Shown: in pieces, positions 1 to 11,374 of the stretch | Position numbering within the stretch: the stretch's first letter is position 1 | How the letters are laid out: every line of letters starts with the position of its first letter | Assembly (NCBI GenBank): GCA_030390025.1 | Contig: CM059432.1 | Location: 147,252,001-147,316,000, forward strand | Length of the DNA stretch: 64,000 bases | Source: Squalus acanthias | Taxonomy: Eukaryota | Direction of reading: 5' to 3' | Position numbers and translations under genes: made by a program | The notes under the pieces: model-generated | Database searches by the model: none | What the model was told of the DNA's origin: nothing | The model's input: the letters and a program-made list of their open reading frames with translations, nothing else

Positions 1-392
1 TCAAATCCCTCCATGGCCTCGCCCCTCCCTCCCAATCTCTGTAACCTCCTCCAGCCCTACAAGCCTCCGAGATCTCTGCGCTCCTCCAATTCTGGCATCT
101 TGCGCAATCCCCGATTTTAATGGCTCCACCACTGGCGGCCGTGCTTTCAACTGCCTGGGCCCTAAGCTCTGGAATCCTCTCGCTAAACCTCTCCGCCGCT
201 CTACCTCTCTCTCAACTTTTAAGCTGCTCCTTAAAACCTACCTCTCTGACCAAACTTTTGGTCATCTGGCCTAATATCTCCTTATGTGGCTCGGTGTCAA
301 ATTTTGATTGATAATCGCTCCTGTGAAGCGCCTTGGGAGGCTTTTGCTAAGTTAAAGGTGCTATAGAAATGCAAGTTGTTGCTGTTGTCGTT
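1..392 (+). mobile_element. L2-clade LINE 3' end fragment
   Basis: Typical L2 3' region (ctccttaaaacctacctct-tgaccaa...gtgaagcgccttggga...ggtgctat-aaatgcaagttgttgctgttg); near-identical stretches at 16385-16800 (-) and 56740-57100 (+). Confidence 0.8.
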
Positions 393-1295
393 GAGGGGGT
401 ATCGATGAAGGATTCTGAGGATTCAACTATATATAGAGCAGGGCTGAAGACAACTGTTGGGGCTGAGCTAAAGGCTATTGGTCAGCAACTGTTGATAGCA
501 GGTGTCACAACAGAATGGCACCGAGCTGAAGCCTCATCGCACCATTAATTTAAATGGGTACAAAATCCAGGTCTCCAGGTTCCTGATTTCCCATCCAGTG
601 CTTCCTGCAAGCTCCGTTACTTACCAGGAGGCCCGATGGAGAGTCATCCCTATTTTTCAGGACATCAGCCTTACAGAGCAGCAGATTTAATAAATATCCG
701 TAAAGAAAGGATAGAGGTGGAGAAGTGCCATCAGGGGAAAGATTGATATCCACTGAAAAAGAGTGCAATTCTACTGTTGGCTTGGATTCTGGTAAGTTGC
801 CATAATTCAAAATTCACATCTCGGGCTGCACACTTTTCAGAAGCAACAGTGGTTATGTGGCGTCTGTGAAGTCCCGACCCAGTAAAATTCATCAATGCAT
901 TCTCTATTGACTCTAGGAGATGTTGTTGAATTTCATGGGCTCCCCTCACCCAACTTCACAGACCTGCAATCTGTGAAAATCGATCAGTCCCAATTCATGT
1001 TATTCATTCTATCAAAAAAAAAGGGTAAATTTTGCAAAGATTTGCTTCCGGTGCAGAGCCTGTCTGATGGGAGTGCAGTGCAAAGAACGGGGCAGCAAGG
1101 CCAGATTGTCTTGATTCACTCATTAAAAGCCTTGCCTCATAACCTGTGCCCATGTGTATAATGTACACAGGCTTAATATCGGTGCCAATATCACTTAACG
1201 TGGTGCACTGCAACAGGCAGGGAATGCTTACTTTCCACTTGTATCTGTGCAGCTGAAAGTTTTCAAATCAATGTAGAATAATAATTCATGGTCTG

Positions 1296-1429
1296 TGACA
1301 TGAATCTTGTCATTCATGTGGAAATGACTTATGAAATAATACTGGGCGGCCTGCTGGTGGCGCTGTCCAGGGAGAGTATAAATACTTGGGCATGGGCCCA
1401 GCTTGCGTGGGACATTCTTAACAGGAACT
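1296..1429 (+). mobile_element. 3'-truncated copy of the 229-bp LTR
   Basis: Begins TGACATGAATCTTGTCATTCATGTGG as at 25752 and 35041; identity stops after acaggaact, where it abuts a Harbinger MITE fragment. Confidence 0.85.
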
Positions 1430-1430
1430 C

Positions 1431-1912
1431 ATTAAAGGGGAGGGCCCAAGCCCACAACTCTGCGGGGCCCGACATGGACCACCAGGGAGCAGGGTGCCGT
1501 GTCAGCAGCCTGGCACTCAAGAGGAGTGCCGGGCTGCCAGATCGCGGCACGGACCCCGCGTTCAAAGACGCAACGGGCCGTGACAAGTAAGTCGGCAGAT
1601 TTTTTTTCCCCCACCCACCACCTCCCCTTTAGTTAGCGCCCGACGAGCCTCCTGCCGCTCCGTTCCCACCCCCTGAATCGGTCGCTGTCATCGCCCGGCG
1701 CAGATTCAGGGGGCGCGGGACAATTTTGCAGGCGGGATGAAATCGGGGCGCTACGCACGGTGACATCACCTGCGCAGCGGCGCGGGGCGCTACCAGTTAC
1801 CGCCACCGCTAAACTCTCGCTGAATTTAGCGGGAGTCGTTAGCGGCGCCGCGTCCGGGCAAAAAGTCGTTTGCGCCCAGTGGTCGCTAACGAGAGGCGCA
1901 AATGCACCGATC
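1431..1912. mobile_element. Partial Harbinger-type MITE (family B-like)
   Basis: Shares ttaaaggggagggcc, ggcactcaagag-agtgccgggct and subterminal gcgc-rich blocks with 15425-16198. Confidence 0.7.
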
Positions 1913-2179
1913 TGGTGAAATATTATTGAGTGTCACTTCAATCTGCGGCTGTGGAGAATCCTTACGCATTTTGTTTATAATAATGATTCATCTAGTAAAG
2001 GTGGAAAGAACATCCTCAGGACACCTCCTTGCTTCACATCCAATGTATTGCTTTTGAGGTGTAGTCACTGTCATATAGCCTAGTCTAGCCAAACTAGGAG
2101 CAAGATCCCACAAACAATAAATGAGATAAATGAGCAGACAATCTGTTTTCGGTGGTGTTGGTTGATTTGGTTCTGGTCT

Positions 2180-2660
2180 CCATACGACAAGAAGCGTTGG
2201 AGAAAGTCCAGTAAAGATCTGCAAAGATGTACCAGAATTACAAGGATTTAACTATCAGGAAAGATTGAATAGGCTCGGGCTCTTTTCTCTGGAAAAGTGG
2301 CTAAAAGGAGATCTTATCGGGATCTCTAAAGTTAAAGTTAAGAAGGGTGGATATGGAGAACCTGTTTCTACTTGTGGGTGAGAACAGAACAAAGGAGTGT
2401 AAATATAAGATAACCGCTGACAGATCAAATAAAGAATCTGGAAGAAATGTCTTTGCAAAGAGTAGTGAGAATATGCAACTTACTGCCACACAGAGTGGTT
2501 AAAGCAGATAGCATTGACACGTTTAAAGGGAGGCTTGATGCATACCCAGGGAGAAGCGAATAGAGGGATATGGAGGCAGGGTGGGAAGAGGTAATTAGAG
2601 TTGGAGGAGGCTTGTGTCGAGTATTGGCATGGACTAGTTGGGCTGGAAATTCTATATATG
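2180..2660 (+). mobile_element. Old CR1 LINE 3' fragment
   Basis: Degenerate RT C-terminal/3'UTR sequence (ttgaataggctcgggctcttttctctggaaaag...agaacaaagg...tttaaagggaggcttgatg). Confidence 0.7.
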
Positions 2661-2767
2661 TATATAATTCTATGTATGGATACTGGGTAAAGACTCTGCT
2701 CTACTCCAAAAAATGCCAGGGATTCTTTTGTATCAACCTGAACAGGCTGGTGGGGTCTTGACTTAAA

Positions 2768-3647
2768 GGGGGAGAAATTCAGTATTGCCCCATTTGGGGC
2801 GCAATTATCGGCCGGGCGCAAAGATTTGCGCCTGGCGCTAATTATCGCCACCGACTGCAAACTTGACTTTAATCGCCCCTGGAGGTGATTGGAGCGCTAA
2901 ATCAGACGCTTCACACCTGTCTTAAGGCGCAAAGGCCGAGGAGCGAGGCGCTAACTCAGAGCGCCGGCGAAGCTCATGTGATGTCAGCCAGCAATGGAAC
3001 ACAGACACAATGGCGCCGGCCAGTTCTTAAAGGGGAGGGTTGATCTTGCTTTCCATCCACATCCTGCTCATTGCAGCCTTGAATCTCGGCCTGGAGAGAC
3101 CTGTACATCAAATCTGCTGGAAAGAACAATGGAGAGTACCAGGGAAAGAGCTCAGAGTGCAGCCCCCTCAGTCTCTTCTAAATCGATCCAAGGAAGGGCA
3201 AATCAAAATGAACCTGCAAAGTGCTGCTCAGTACCCAAAACTCCTTCACACAGCGTTGAATCTCTCCAGAAGTCTCTCTCTCTCTCTCTCAAAAATGTCA
3301 CCAACAATAAAAGGCAGGAAGCAGTTGCCTTTAAATAGCGCTTCCCCCAGTCCCTTCCTGACTGCAAAACGCTCCCCTCAACCTGTCGTTGCTAGCGGCA
3401 GGCGGTAAGGCAGGGGGCGCCACTCAATATCCGCTCCAGGGCGCTACCGGGGCGTTGCGCACTCGACTGACGTCACGATCTGCAGGCGTAGGAGATCGTG
3501 GCGGTAGTGTTTAGCGCCGCCACAAAATGTCTAGTTAATTTCGCGAGCGGCGCAAACATCGCCGCGCCCGGGCGCTAGTTGCTTTGCACCCCATTAGCGC
3601 CCTCTTAAGGCGCTAACGGGAGGCGCAACCAACTGAATTTTTCCCCC
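2768..3647 (+). mobile_element. PIF/Harbinger-type MITE family A, copy 1 (880 bp)
   Basis: TIRs GGGGGAGAAATTCAG / CTGAATTTTTCCCCC, 3-bp TSD AAA; three more copies in the window. Confidence 0.9.
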
Positions 3648-4034
3648 AAAGTCTTATCTGAATAACAGCACCTCTGACAATGCAGTAGCCCTCAGTACTA
3701 CAGTGAAGTAGCAGTGTAGACCCTGTGCTCAAAGTCCTGCGGTGGGACTTGAACCCACAATCTTCTGACTCAGAGGCAAGACTGCAACCGAGCTTTATTA
3801 TTTTGACATGTACAATAATTTAGCAGTGATGTCGGCCATCACTTTATTTTGAACGGTGGAACAATTGCAAGGTTGCTTACCTTTTTCATTAGATATTTGT
3901 TTTTCAACATTTTTCCATCCAAGACATTTCCCTTGACCCAGTAAAACCAGCACACAGTGGCACAGCTCAGTGTTTACCGAGTGTTCGAACCCCATCTTTG
4001 TGATGGGTGCCCTGATTTCTTGATTTGTACAGTA

Positions 4035-4320
4035 CGGTATCCTAGAGGTTATGTTATAATACTGGACTCGGGAACCCAGAGGTCATGAATTCAAATCCCA
4101 CCATGGTAAGTTGTGAAATCGGATTCAATAAATCTGATCGGTTGTGGGCTGGCATCAGACACTAATAATGAAAGTTACCAAATGGTTTAAAAAAAATAAC
4201 TTGTTCACTAATGTCCTTCAGGGAGCCTACCCAATCTGGCCGACATATAAATCTTAATTCCCTCAGGGCAGCTGGGGATGGGCAATGAAAAACTGCCTTG
4301 TCAGTATCACCCAAGAACAA
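4035..4320 (+). mobile_element. Degraded tRNA-derived SINE
   Basis: B-box-like gaattcaaatcccaccatgg followed by ttgttcactaatgtccttcaggga, a body I recall from shark SINEs; family not assigned. Confidence 0.5.
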
Positions 4321-4486
4321 ATAGAAGAGTACTCGCTGGTGCCAATTTTGTTGAATGATGTGTGCAACATTTACTTTATATTAAAATTGTATTTACCCTT
4401 TTAAATCGGATATATCAGATAAGTCTGAAGACTTGTTCCAGAAATGTCTAGGTAACTGGAATGCATGTTCCTCAGCTAAAGATAAT

Positions 4487-5213
4487 GGGCTAGAAATTGG
4501 GCACCTTAGCGCCTCCCGTTATTGCCTCTGGGGGGCGATAACGGGGCGCTAATCACTTACCGTCCCGGCGCACCGAGAAGATCGCCTCCCGCTATATTCG
4601 GCGGGAGGTTTGCGGCGGTGGGATGGTGTTGCGCCCTGATCTCCTTCACCCGAAGATCGTGATGTCATCGCCCCGGTAGCGCCCCGGACCTGAACTTCGG
4701 TTCCGCCCCCTGCAGCATCGCCGGGTGAAAAGACCGGCAGCTGCAGGAGGCGTTCATCGGGAGGCCGGGCGCTTCGGGGGCGATACTTAAAGGCGAGGTG
4801 GCCGAGATAAGTGGAAAAAATTCTCAAGTGCACTGTATCTGGTTTTTTTTCAATTTTCTTCGCCAGCGATCGATCGGCCCGGCACTCTGCTGCAGTGCAT
4901 CGGGCCGATCGGGCCGGATCACGGCTGCCGTCGGGGACCAGGTAAGTTTTCCCCTTGCAGAGCCTGCAGCGATGACCCTTCCCTTTAAGGGAGGGAAGGA
5001 GCCTTCGAACGCAGCAGTGCTGCACGGCCCAGTGTACAGCGCTGCTCACCTACCGCCCCGCCTGCTGCCTGTTGCGCTCCAGGAAGGAAGTGGAGCTCTT
5101 GATTTAGCGCGCCACTTCCTTCCTGGAGCGCAAAACTAAATTTAGTCTGGCGCTAATTTTTTTCAACTTTTAAAAGTTAGTGCCTCAAATGGGGCGATAC
5201 CGAATTTCTCCCC
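4487..5213 (+). mobile_element. Harbinger-type MITE family B, copy 1
   Basis: Imperfect TIRs GGGCTAGAAATTGG / CGAATTTCTCCCC; body homologous to 7017-7647 and 19227-19792. Confidence 0.85.
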
Positions 5214-5297
5214 AAATGAAGCCTCATAGCTGCACACCGAATCTACATTTGGACATCTGTGACCAAGCCAAGTGTCGCTCTAATATGATTGAAGATA

Positions 5298-5639
5298 TGA
5301 GGTAGATTTTAAAAAGCAGTGCTCACATACCAGGAGCGTATACCAGGGATCATTTTTGACTGCTCATGGTGACTCTCGTCCGGCAGAAGTACCCATCAGA
5401 TATTCAGGCAGGTGCAGAGTCATAACGGCACAGAAGGAGGCCATTCGGCCCATCCAGTCCGTGCCGGCTCTCTGTAGAGCAATCCAGTCAGTGCAGAGAG
5501 TTCTGACCAAATGGTTTGGCTTTGTGTGAAGCAGGTGCCCACGTTTCCAATATGTGCTTCCAGTGGGCGGGGCTCTCCATTGAAAGCATGTTCAGGAAAA
5601 TTGCAATTCTGGAGAGTGCTAATTCGGAAATTCTGGCCC
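5298..5639. mobile_element. Probable old Harbinger-type MITE containing a short CR1 3'-tail insertion (about 5420-5490)
   Basis: Right end GAAATTCTGGCCC; inserted tail tcataacggcacagaaggaggccattcggccc flanked by direct repeat GTGCAGAG. Confidence 0.5.
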
Positions 5640-6609
5640 AAATGACCTACTTTCAAATTCACCAAGCACATTTGTCGTACCTGATGAAGTAGAACAATAC
5701 CAGTTTGTTGGTTCCAATGAAATCTGCTGCTTAATGATTGTCTTGATTCGTCTTTTAGTCAACTTGACCTATTCTATTAAATCAGTGTGTCTAATAGTAT
5801 GAGGACAATGCAGAGGAACGTTAATGGCCGTGTTACTTTTTCCGTACATTGTAACGTTTCGCAATCGGTGATTAATATGTAGGCCAGCAGAATTGTGTTG
5901 AGTTCAGTCCCCTAAGGTTGTATCTGTCACAGTTGAAGGTGCTGTTCTGGATTACCTCTGAAAATCTAACTCTATCTAACCTCATAGACATTCCCTTCTT
6001 GCCCGATGTAAACAGCTGAAATGAGGTCCGCAGGAAATTTCGGCATAAGTTCCCGTTGGCAAGATTGGTGTAGAAACCAGCGTAAATTTTGGAGTAATTT
6101 CTGTGTGTAAGTGCGATTCATGTAATTTCAGTCCAAGGTCATTCGCACTTCTCCTGCTCCATAACTTTGGAGTAAGTTCGGTGGAAACCCTGTTTATGCC
6201 GAACTTCTGGCAACAAAGGGGCAGTAGCCACAAGGCTTGCTTGTGAAAACGACTAGTGAGTTTGACATTGGCTCATTCTTATTCCATGGAACATGGAGAG
6301 TGTCGTGGCTTCCTGTGAAGTATGCTGTTGAAAGTCTAAGTTGCGTGATGCTCTTCTCACCTCCAAGTGTCCAGAGAAATTCGACTGGGTTTTTATTTTG
6401 TGATGGTCACTAACATTCATTTTTCACCATTTAACTACATTTTGACCAGTTGGGTTGAGTTATGTGCCGCAAATCACTTCATATTATTAACTTGACAAAG
6501 AAATTCTCATCAGCCTTAGATACCCATCCTTGTAATCTTTTGCATTACCCTGGGTGTTCACAAGCACTGTATGCCATGCTTTTAGTACTCTCAGTCATCC
6601 TGAAACACA

Positions 6610-7939
6610 GGCCTCGAGTTTTACTGGGGGGCTGGGGCACGTCCGTGAGAAAGGGGATGCGGGAGGGAGGGAAACCTCCTGGGGATCTCAGCATGAGGTC
6701 CGGACCATTTTAACTCCCGGGCCTCATGTAAATGATGCAGGACAGTGTTCTTCTCAAAACTGGCAGGACTAACGTCAGGGTCGGTGGGCAAGAGCAGAAA
6801 TCAGGGCGTTAGCCCTCAGACTCCGGCGACCCAATGGAATGGTCCTTGGCATGAAGTGAGCACTGGGCAAGGGCTTTGGCAGCTGATGCCAATGTGGAGA
6901 GGGAAAGGCACGGCCGGGGCTGCGGAGGCCCAAGGACTGCTTGCGGGGTCTGGGGGAACACTCCTTCTCCTCCTGGCCCACAAGGAATTCACAGCAAAAT
7001 TATGTTTAAAAACTTTGGGGGTGAAATTGGGTGCCTTTGCGCTTCCCATTAGCACCCCCTGGGGGCGCTAACGCGGCTCAAATGGCTTTGCGACCGGGCG
7101 CGGCGCTGCCATTGACTCCCGCCATATTCGGCGGGGGTTTTGTGGCGGCGCTACGGCGTTGTACCCTGATCTCCTTCGCCCGGAGATTGTGACGTCATCG
7201 CCGTGCGCAACGTCCCGGTAGCGCTCCGGACCTGAAATTGACTTCTGCCCCCTGCGACAGCGCCGGTGGAAAACACCGACAGCTGCAGGAGGCGCGCATC
7301 GGGCGGATGGACGCTTCGGGGGCGATGGTTAAAGACGAGGCGGCCGAGGTAAATAAAAAAATCTTACCTTTCCTGTTCCAGTTTTTTTCGCGGGTTCCTG
7401 CCCGCGATCGATCAGCCTGACGCTCTGCTCGAGTGCCGGGCTGATCGCGCGGGATCGCGGCTGCCTTGATGGTCCAGGTCGGTACTTGTTAAATTGCAGA
7501 GCCTGCAGCGATGGTCCTTCCCTTTAAGGGAGGGAAGGAGCCTTTGAACGCAACAGCGCTGCACGGCCCAATTTCGCGGTCACCGGCGCTAATTAGCGCC
7601 CCGGCGATGTTAGCGCCCCAAAATGGTCGATATCGAATTTTCCCCTCTTTTCTGCCCAGTCAACATCTCCCACCAGGTTTCTCCGGCGTGTTTGACACTG
7701 AGCAGGCCTCCCCCGACTCATGCTGAAAATCAGGTCACGGCACTGATGACATCGTCGGTGCTGTGATTTTTTGAATTTTACTGAGGCCTCGCTTGCCTGC
7801 ACTGGGAGCCTCGGCCAACTTCAAAGCCAGTGAAGATTTCGCCAGGTGGGAACGGTGCAGCCTCAGGGACTCACTCAGCCTGATCTTAACTCCTCCCTCG
7901 CACCATTCTCGCTGGGTGAGAGGGGTTAAAATAGAGGCC
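6610..7939. mobile_element. Harbinger-type non-autonomous element hosting a nested MITE
   Basis: TIRs GGCCTCGAGTTTTA / TAAAATAGAGGCC, TSD ACA on both sides. Confidence 0.7.
7017..7647 (+). mobile_element. Harbinger-type MITE family B, copy 2
   Basis: Ends GGGGGTGAAATTGG / CGAATTTTCCCCTC, TSD TTT. Confidence 0.85.
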
Positions 7940-8899
7940 ACAGTTTCCGTCAATAAAACTAAGAGTTAGTGCAGGGCTAATCACAACGAAGGCTGCTCCT
8001 GCTTTTCCTTTCAGACCGCTTAGCAATTTACTGCGTAACGCTTTACCGCGTTTGTAATTCACAGCCTTGATCTTTATTGTGTAGCATCCTTTCCAAAGCC
8101 CCAGTGTGGAAAATTGCTATTTAAATTCTCAGAGGTTCAACGTGTACACATGTGACAAATAATTAGTGGGGACAATTCAAGGTGGTATATATGGACACAA
8201 GGGTCGAGCAGAATCGGAAACCCAGACCCTGCACCGCTTCCTATGGGGCTGCAGTCCAGCATTCTCCTGCATCTGTGTGCCAGGGGACTTGCGCACACTT
8301 GTGCTTTAGCCTTAGTAAGGTCTCAGATTTGATGCCAAAATTAAATGAACGACTTGCTCAATTCTGCGAGGGATCTCCTGGTTTGCTGTACTTGTCCTTT
8401 GGTGCTCATTTGAATGGGAATAAGAGATGCTCTTAAAGTGGAGCAGGCTCCTTGTCTTTTCCTTTACCTCAGGTGTTTTGCAGATCAGTCCTAGTTGTTG
8501 TTGTAGATGAAAACTATAACCTTCAGAGTAAAGGCGACAGTGAGCATCAGAAACAGCCCGTGGATAGGATCTGGGATCAATCAATTTGAAGATTCAATGA
8601 TCTGTTTTTGCACCACATTATTTTAGTACTAGCACACTCTTGAGTTTCTGCACATTTTATATTCATTCCTATAATTCTCTCCATTTTTTGCTGAATTTCC
8701 ATGTTTAATTCTAGGGGAGGTAAGCAAAGTCAGTGCTGAGTCTGAACAACACAAGGACTCCAGTGAGGGAAGGGACCAAATGGAAACAGGAGGTAGGTGT
8801 GTGGTTTTGCTATTAATCTAGAGTTATCGTCTACTGTAAAACACAGCATAGTCCATGGCCCTGTAACTCTAGAAATACATTTTGAATGTTAATATCAGG

Positions 8900-9110
8900 C
8901 ATTGCCCTGCCTGCTCTGTTGACACTGGTGGCTCACCTCTTCTGCACTCTGAATTTTCCTCCCGAAACCCCTTCACCTCTTTCTCAAGACCCTCCTTAAA
9001 ACTCAGCTCTTTGACCAAACTTTTGGTCACCCTTCCACTTTCCTCCTTATTCCTCTGCGAAACACCTTGGCAAGTTTTTCTACATTAAAGGGATTATATA
9101 AATGCAATTA
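8900..9110 (+). mobile_element. Degraded L2 3' end
   Basis: ctccttaaaactcagctctttgaccaaacttttggtca...cattaaagggattatataaatgcaa, similar to 1-392. Confidence 0.65.
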
Positions 9111-9559
9111 GATATTGTTATTACCTACTTCCATCATGTTTTTTACTGTGAAACAGGCATCAGAGTAAAAGTGCAGCAATTGCATAGAGCAGTCTTTGAT
9201 TAATTGCAAAGCATTAAATGGTAACAGTTTCAATTGGTTGTTAATTGTTTTTGGCGTTATTAACATTTTTGTAACATAAATGATACAAACTTGAAAGACT
9301 ACAATTATGTGCCATTAACTGAAATTGTAACGTCCTTACCTATAATTATACATCGCTGAAGATGTGCAGTGTAATGAATACAGATTATTTAAATAACTGG
9401 GTCATTTTGGTACAGCTATCAGCTATTCAGGAAGTTAATGTCCCACACAGATGTTGAATCGGCATATTGTGCCTGGATTCTAACTCCCAACAGGGGTCGT
9501 GCGGCAGACAGAAAGCCGTCTAGCCCTCACCAACACGAGGCCCAAGAGATTTTAACTCA

Positions 9560-10085
9560 TCTCCAAATTAGGGGTTGTATTCCCGAGAATTTAGAAGGTT
9601 AAGGGGTGATCTGATCAAAGTTTTCATGATATTAAGTGGAGCAGATAGAGAGAAACTATTTCCGCTGGTTGGGGATTCTTGGACTAGGGGGCATTGTCTA
9701 AATATTAGAGCCAGACATTTCAGGAGTGAAATTAGGAAACACTTCTACACACAAAGGGTGGCAGAAGTTTGGAATTCTCTTCCGCAAAGGACAATTGATG
9801 CGAAATAACAGCAGAAAACGCTGGAAAAACTCAGCAGGTCAGGCAGCATCTGTGGAGAGAGAAACAGAGTTAACGTTTCAGGTCGAAGACTTTTCGTCAG
9901 ATTTCCAGCATCCGCAGTATTTTGCTATCGCAATTGATGCTAGATCAATTGTTAATTTTAAATCTGAGATTGATACATTTTTGTTAACCAAAGGTGTTAA
10001 GGGAGATGGGCCAAAGGCGGGTATATGGAATGGTGGAACAGGCTCGAGGGGCTGAATGGCCCACTCCTGTTCCTACGTTCCTACA
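9560..10085 (+). mobile_element. CR1 LINE 3' fragment interrupted by a Penelope-derived insert
   Basis: ORF 9575: [16 protein letters not shown]...TRGH.L...FYTQRVAEVWNSLP; CR1 3'UTR ggctcgaggggctgaatggcc. Confidence 0.85.
9802..9930. mobile_element. Short Penelope-like family A pseudo-LTR insertion with a hammerhead core on the minus strand
   Basis: Flanked by 10-bp TSD CAATTGATGC (9792-9801, 9931-9940); rc reads CTGACGA-AAAGTC-TTC-GACCT-GAAA-CG-TT; homologous to 50556-50657. Confidence 0.75.
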
Positions 10086-11374
10086 TAGCCTACATCAGTC
10101 TCTGTCCCAAGCCCAGTGGAAAGTGGCAACTTCCTCGAGGGAACAGGACTTTGGGCAGCAGGAACCAAGGAAGTGGTTAGGAAGGGGTTCGGGAGGGCGT
10201 CGCGGCCAGGTGAGGTGGAAGGAAAGCGTAGGGCAGGAGAGGCCCAGGGCTCCTCTTGCCCCACAAGGAAAAAAAAATGTACAAACTTTTCTCAGCTTCT
10301 TCGGGCCCTGGCTCCACCTCTCCCATGCCAGTCAGGCCCCCAATGATTTCATCGGAGCCTCATCTACATATTTAAAGCAGGTGTCCCCACTCATCTGTTC
10401 AAAAGAGCAAATTAAAATTGCAATCCGCAGGAAGACAACGGGATTGCAACAGGTAAGTCACTGCAACCATTTTAACTGCAGATTTAAAATCAGCCCTTTG
10501 GGCTCTGAAAGCAAGACTCGTCAGTTAAGTTTGTACAAGTAAAAGTACAGAATTTGGATCAATCACTGAACTTGGCAATGAAAATAACTAGTGATACATC
10601 ATGTAAAACCTATTGGGATTAAACAAGTGCCTTATATCAACGGCTCTCAAGGTTCACATTCAGTTCATTTGCACATTAAACATTCGTGCGTTTGCTGTCA
10701 GATCACATGACAATATCAGCACTGTTTATTGAAGAATCGTTGACAGCTAATTTCTCCGAGGCTGAGAGGATAATTATCGAGCAATTGCATTATTCATGAG
10801 TACTTTGATATACCCTCCAGCAGAACGGAGCTGGCAGCCAGGTTTACATAGGACCAATGCCTTTCAAAATATCCCAGTGAGAATGCGGATTGAGGATGAG
10901 TGTTTCTTCCATTGAGAGGATTAGAATGCGTTCTTTCCCCCTTGATCCCCCAAGAGAATGTCAACTGCAGCATGGAAAGTAGATTTGACTGATATTTGCA
11001 TCTGGGAGAATTGATTGGTGAGGGTAAGTTTGGATTGGTAATACTAGAAGTGGCATTTTTTTCCTTTGGTGCCTCACAGAAAATCCTCAATGCTGACAGT
11101 AAAATCGTATCACATGCAATGAATTCACAAGAGTGCATGCGGCTGAGCCCATGCTCTCACCTGACCCCTGGGTGGGGTGGCTTATAAGATTTTATTTCTG
11201 GACAGGGTGCTCATTTTAGAACTCAAAGCAGATTCAAACCCCAAAAAAGAATCCAAATGTAATAATTGTCCTGGCTGAAACCAACTAACAGAATAGTCTG
11301 GAGATCAAAACTGGGATCCTCCTGTAAAGTGAAATCATGCTGTGCGATTGGGTTACGAGTAGCCATACCGTTGG

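Larger units (their letters stand above)
1990..3795 (-). mobile_element. Degraded DeuSINE (SacSINE1-like), split by a CR1 fragment and a MITE
   Basis: 1990-2170 and 2690-2766 match the reverse complement of the Deu domain at 43700-44040; 3650-3795 carries a tRNA-like head (rc of gggacttgaacccacaa...tctgactcagaggc). Confidence 0.65.

Noticed and set aside
1288..1590. Recurrent peptide DMNLVIHVEMTYEIILGGLLVALSRESINT
   Set aside because: It is a translation of the non-coding LTR, fused to different flanks in each copy.
2994..3408. Recurrent ORFs (MEHxHNG...HCSLESRPGETCTSN; LLSIHILLIAALN) found four times, suggesting a novel gene family
   Set aside because: They lie inside MITE A copies. Overlapping frames are both open, lengths and stops vary, and no domain is recognisable; recurrence is explained by repeat identity.
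6030..6212. Short imperfect inverted ends (TTCGGCATAA / TTATGCCGAA)
   Set aside because: Probably an old MITE, but it is single-copy here with no clear TSD, so it cannot be classified.
10794..11187. ORFs in non-repeat sequence as possible host exons
   Set aside because: No recognisable homology or convincing splice-bounded frame.
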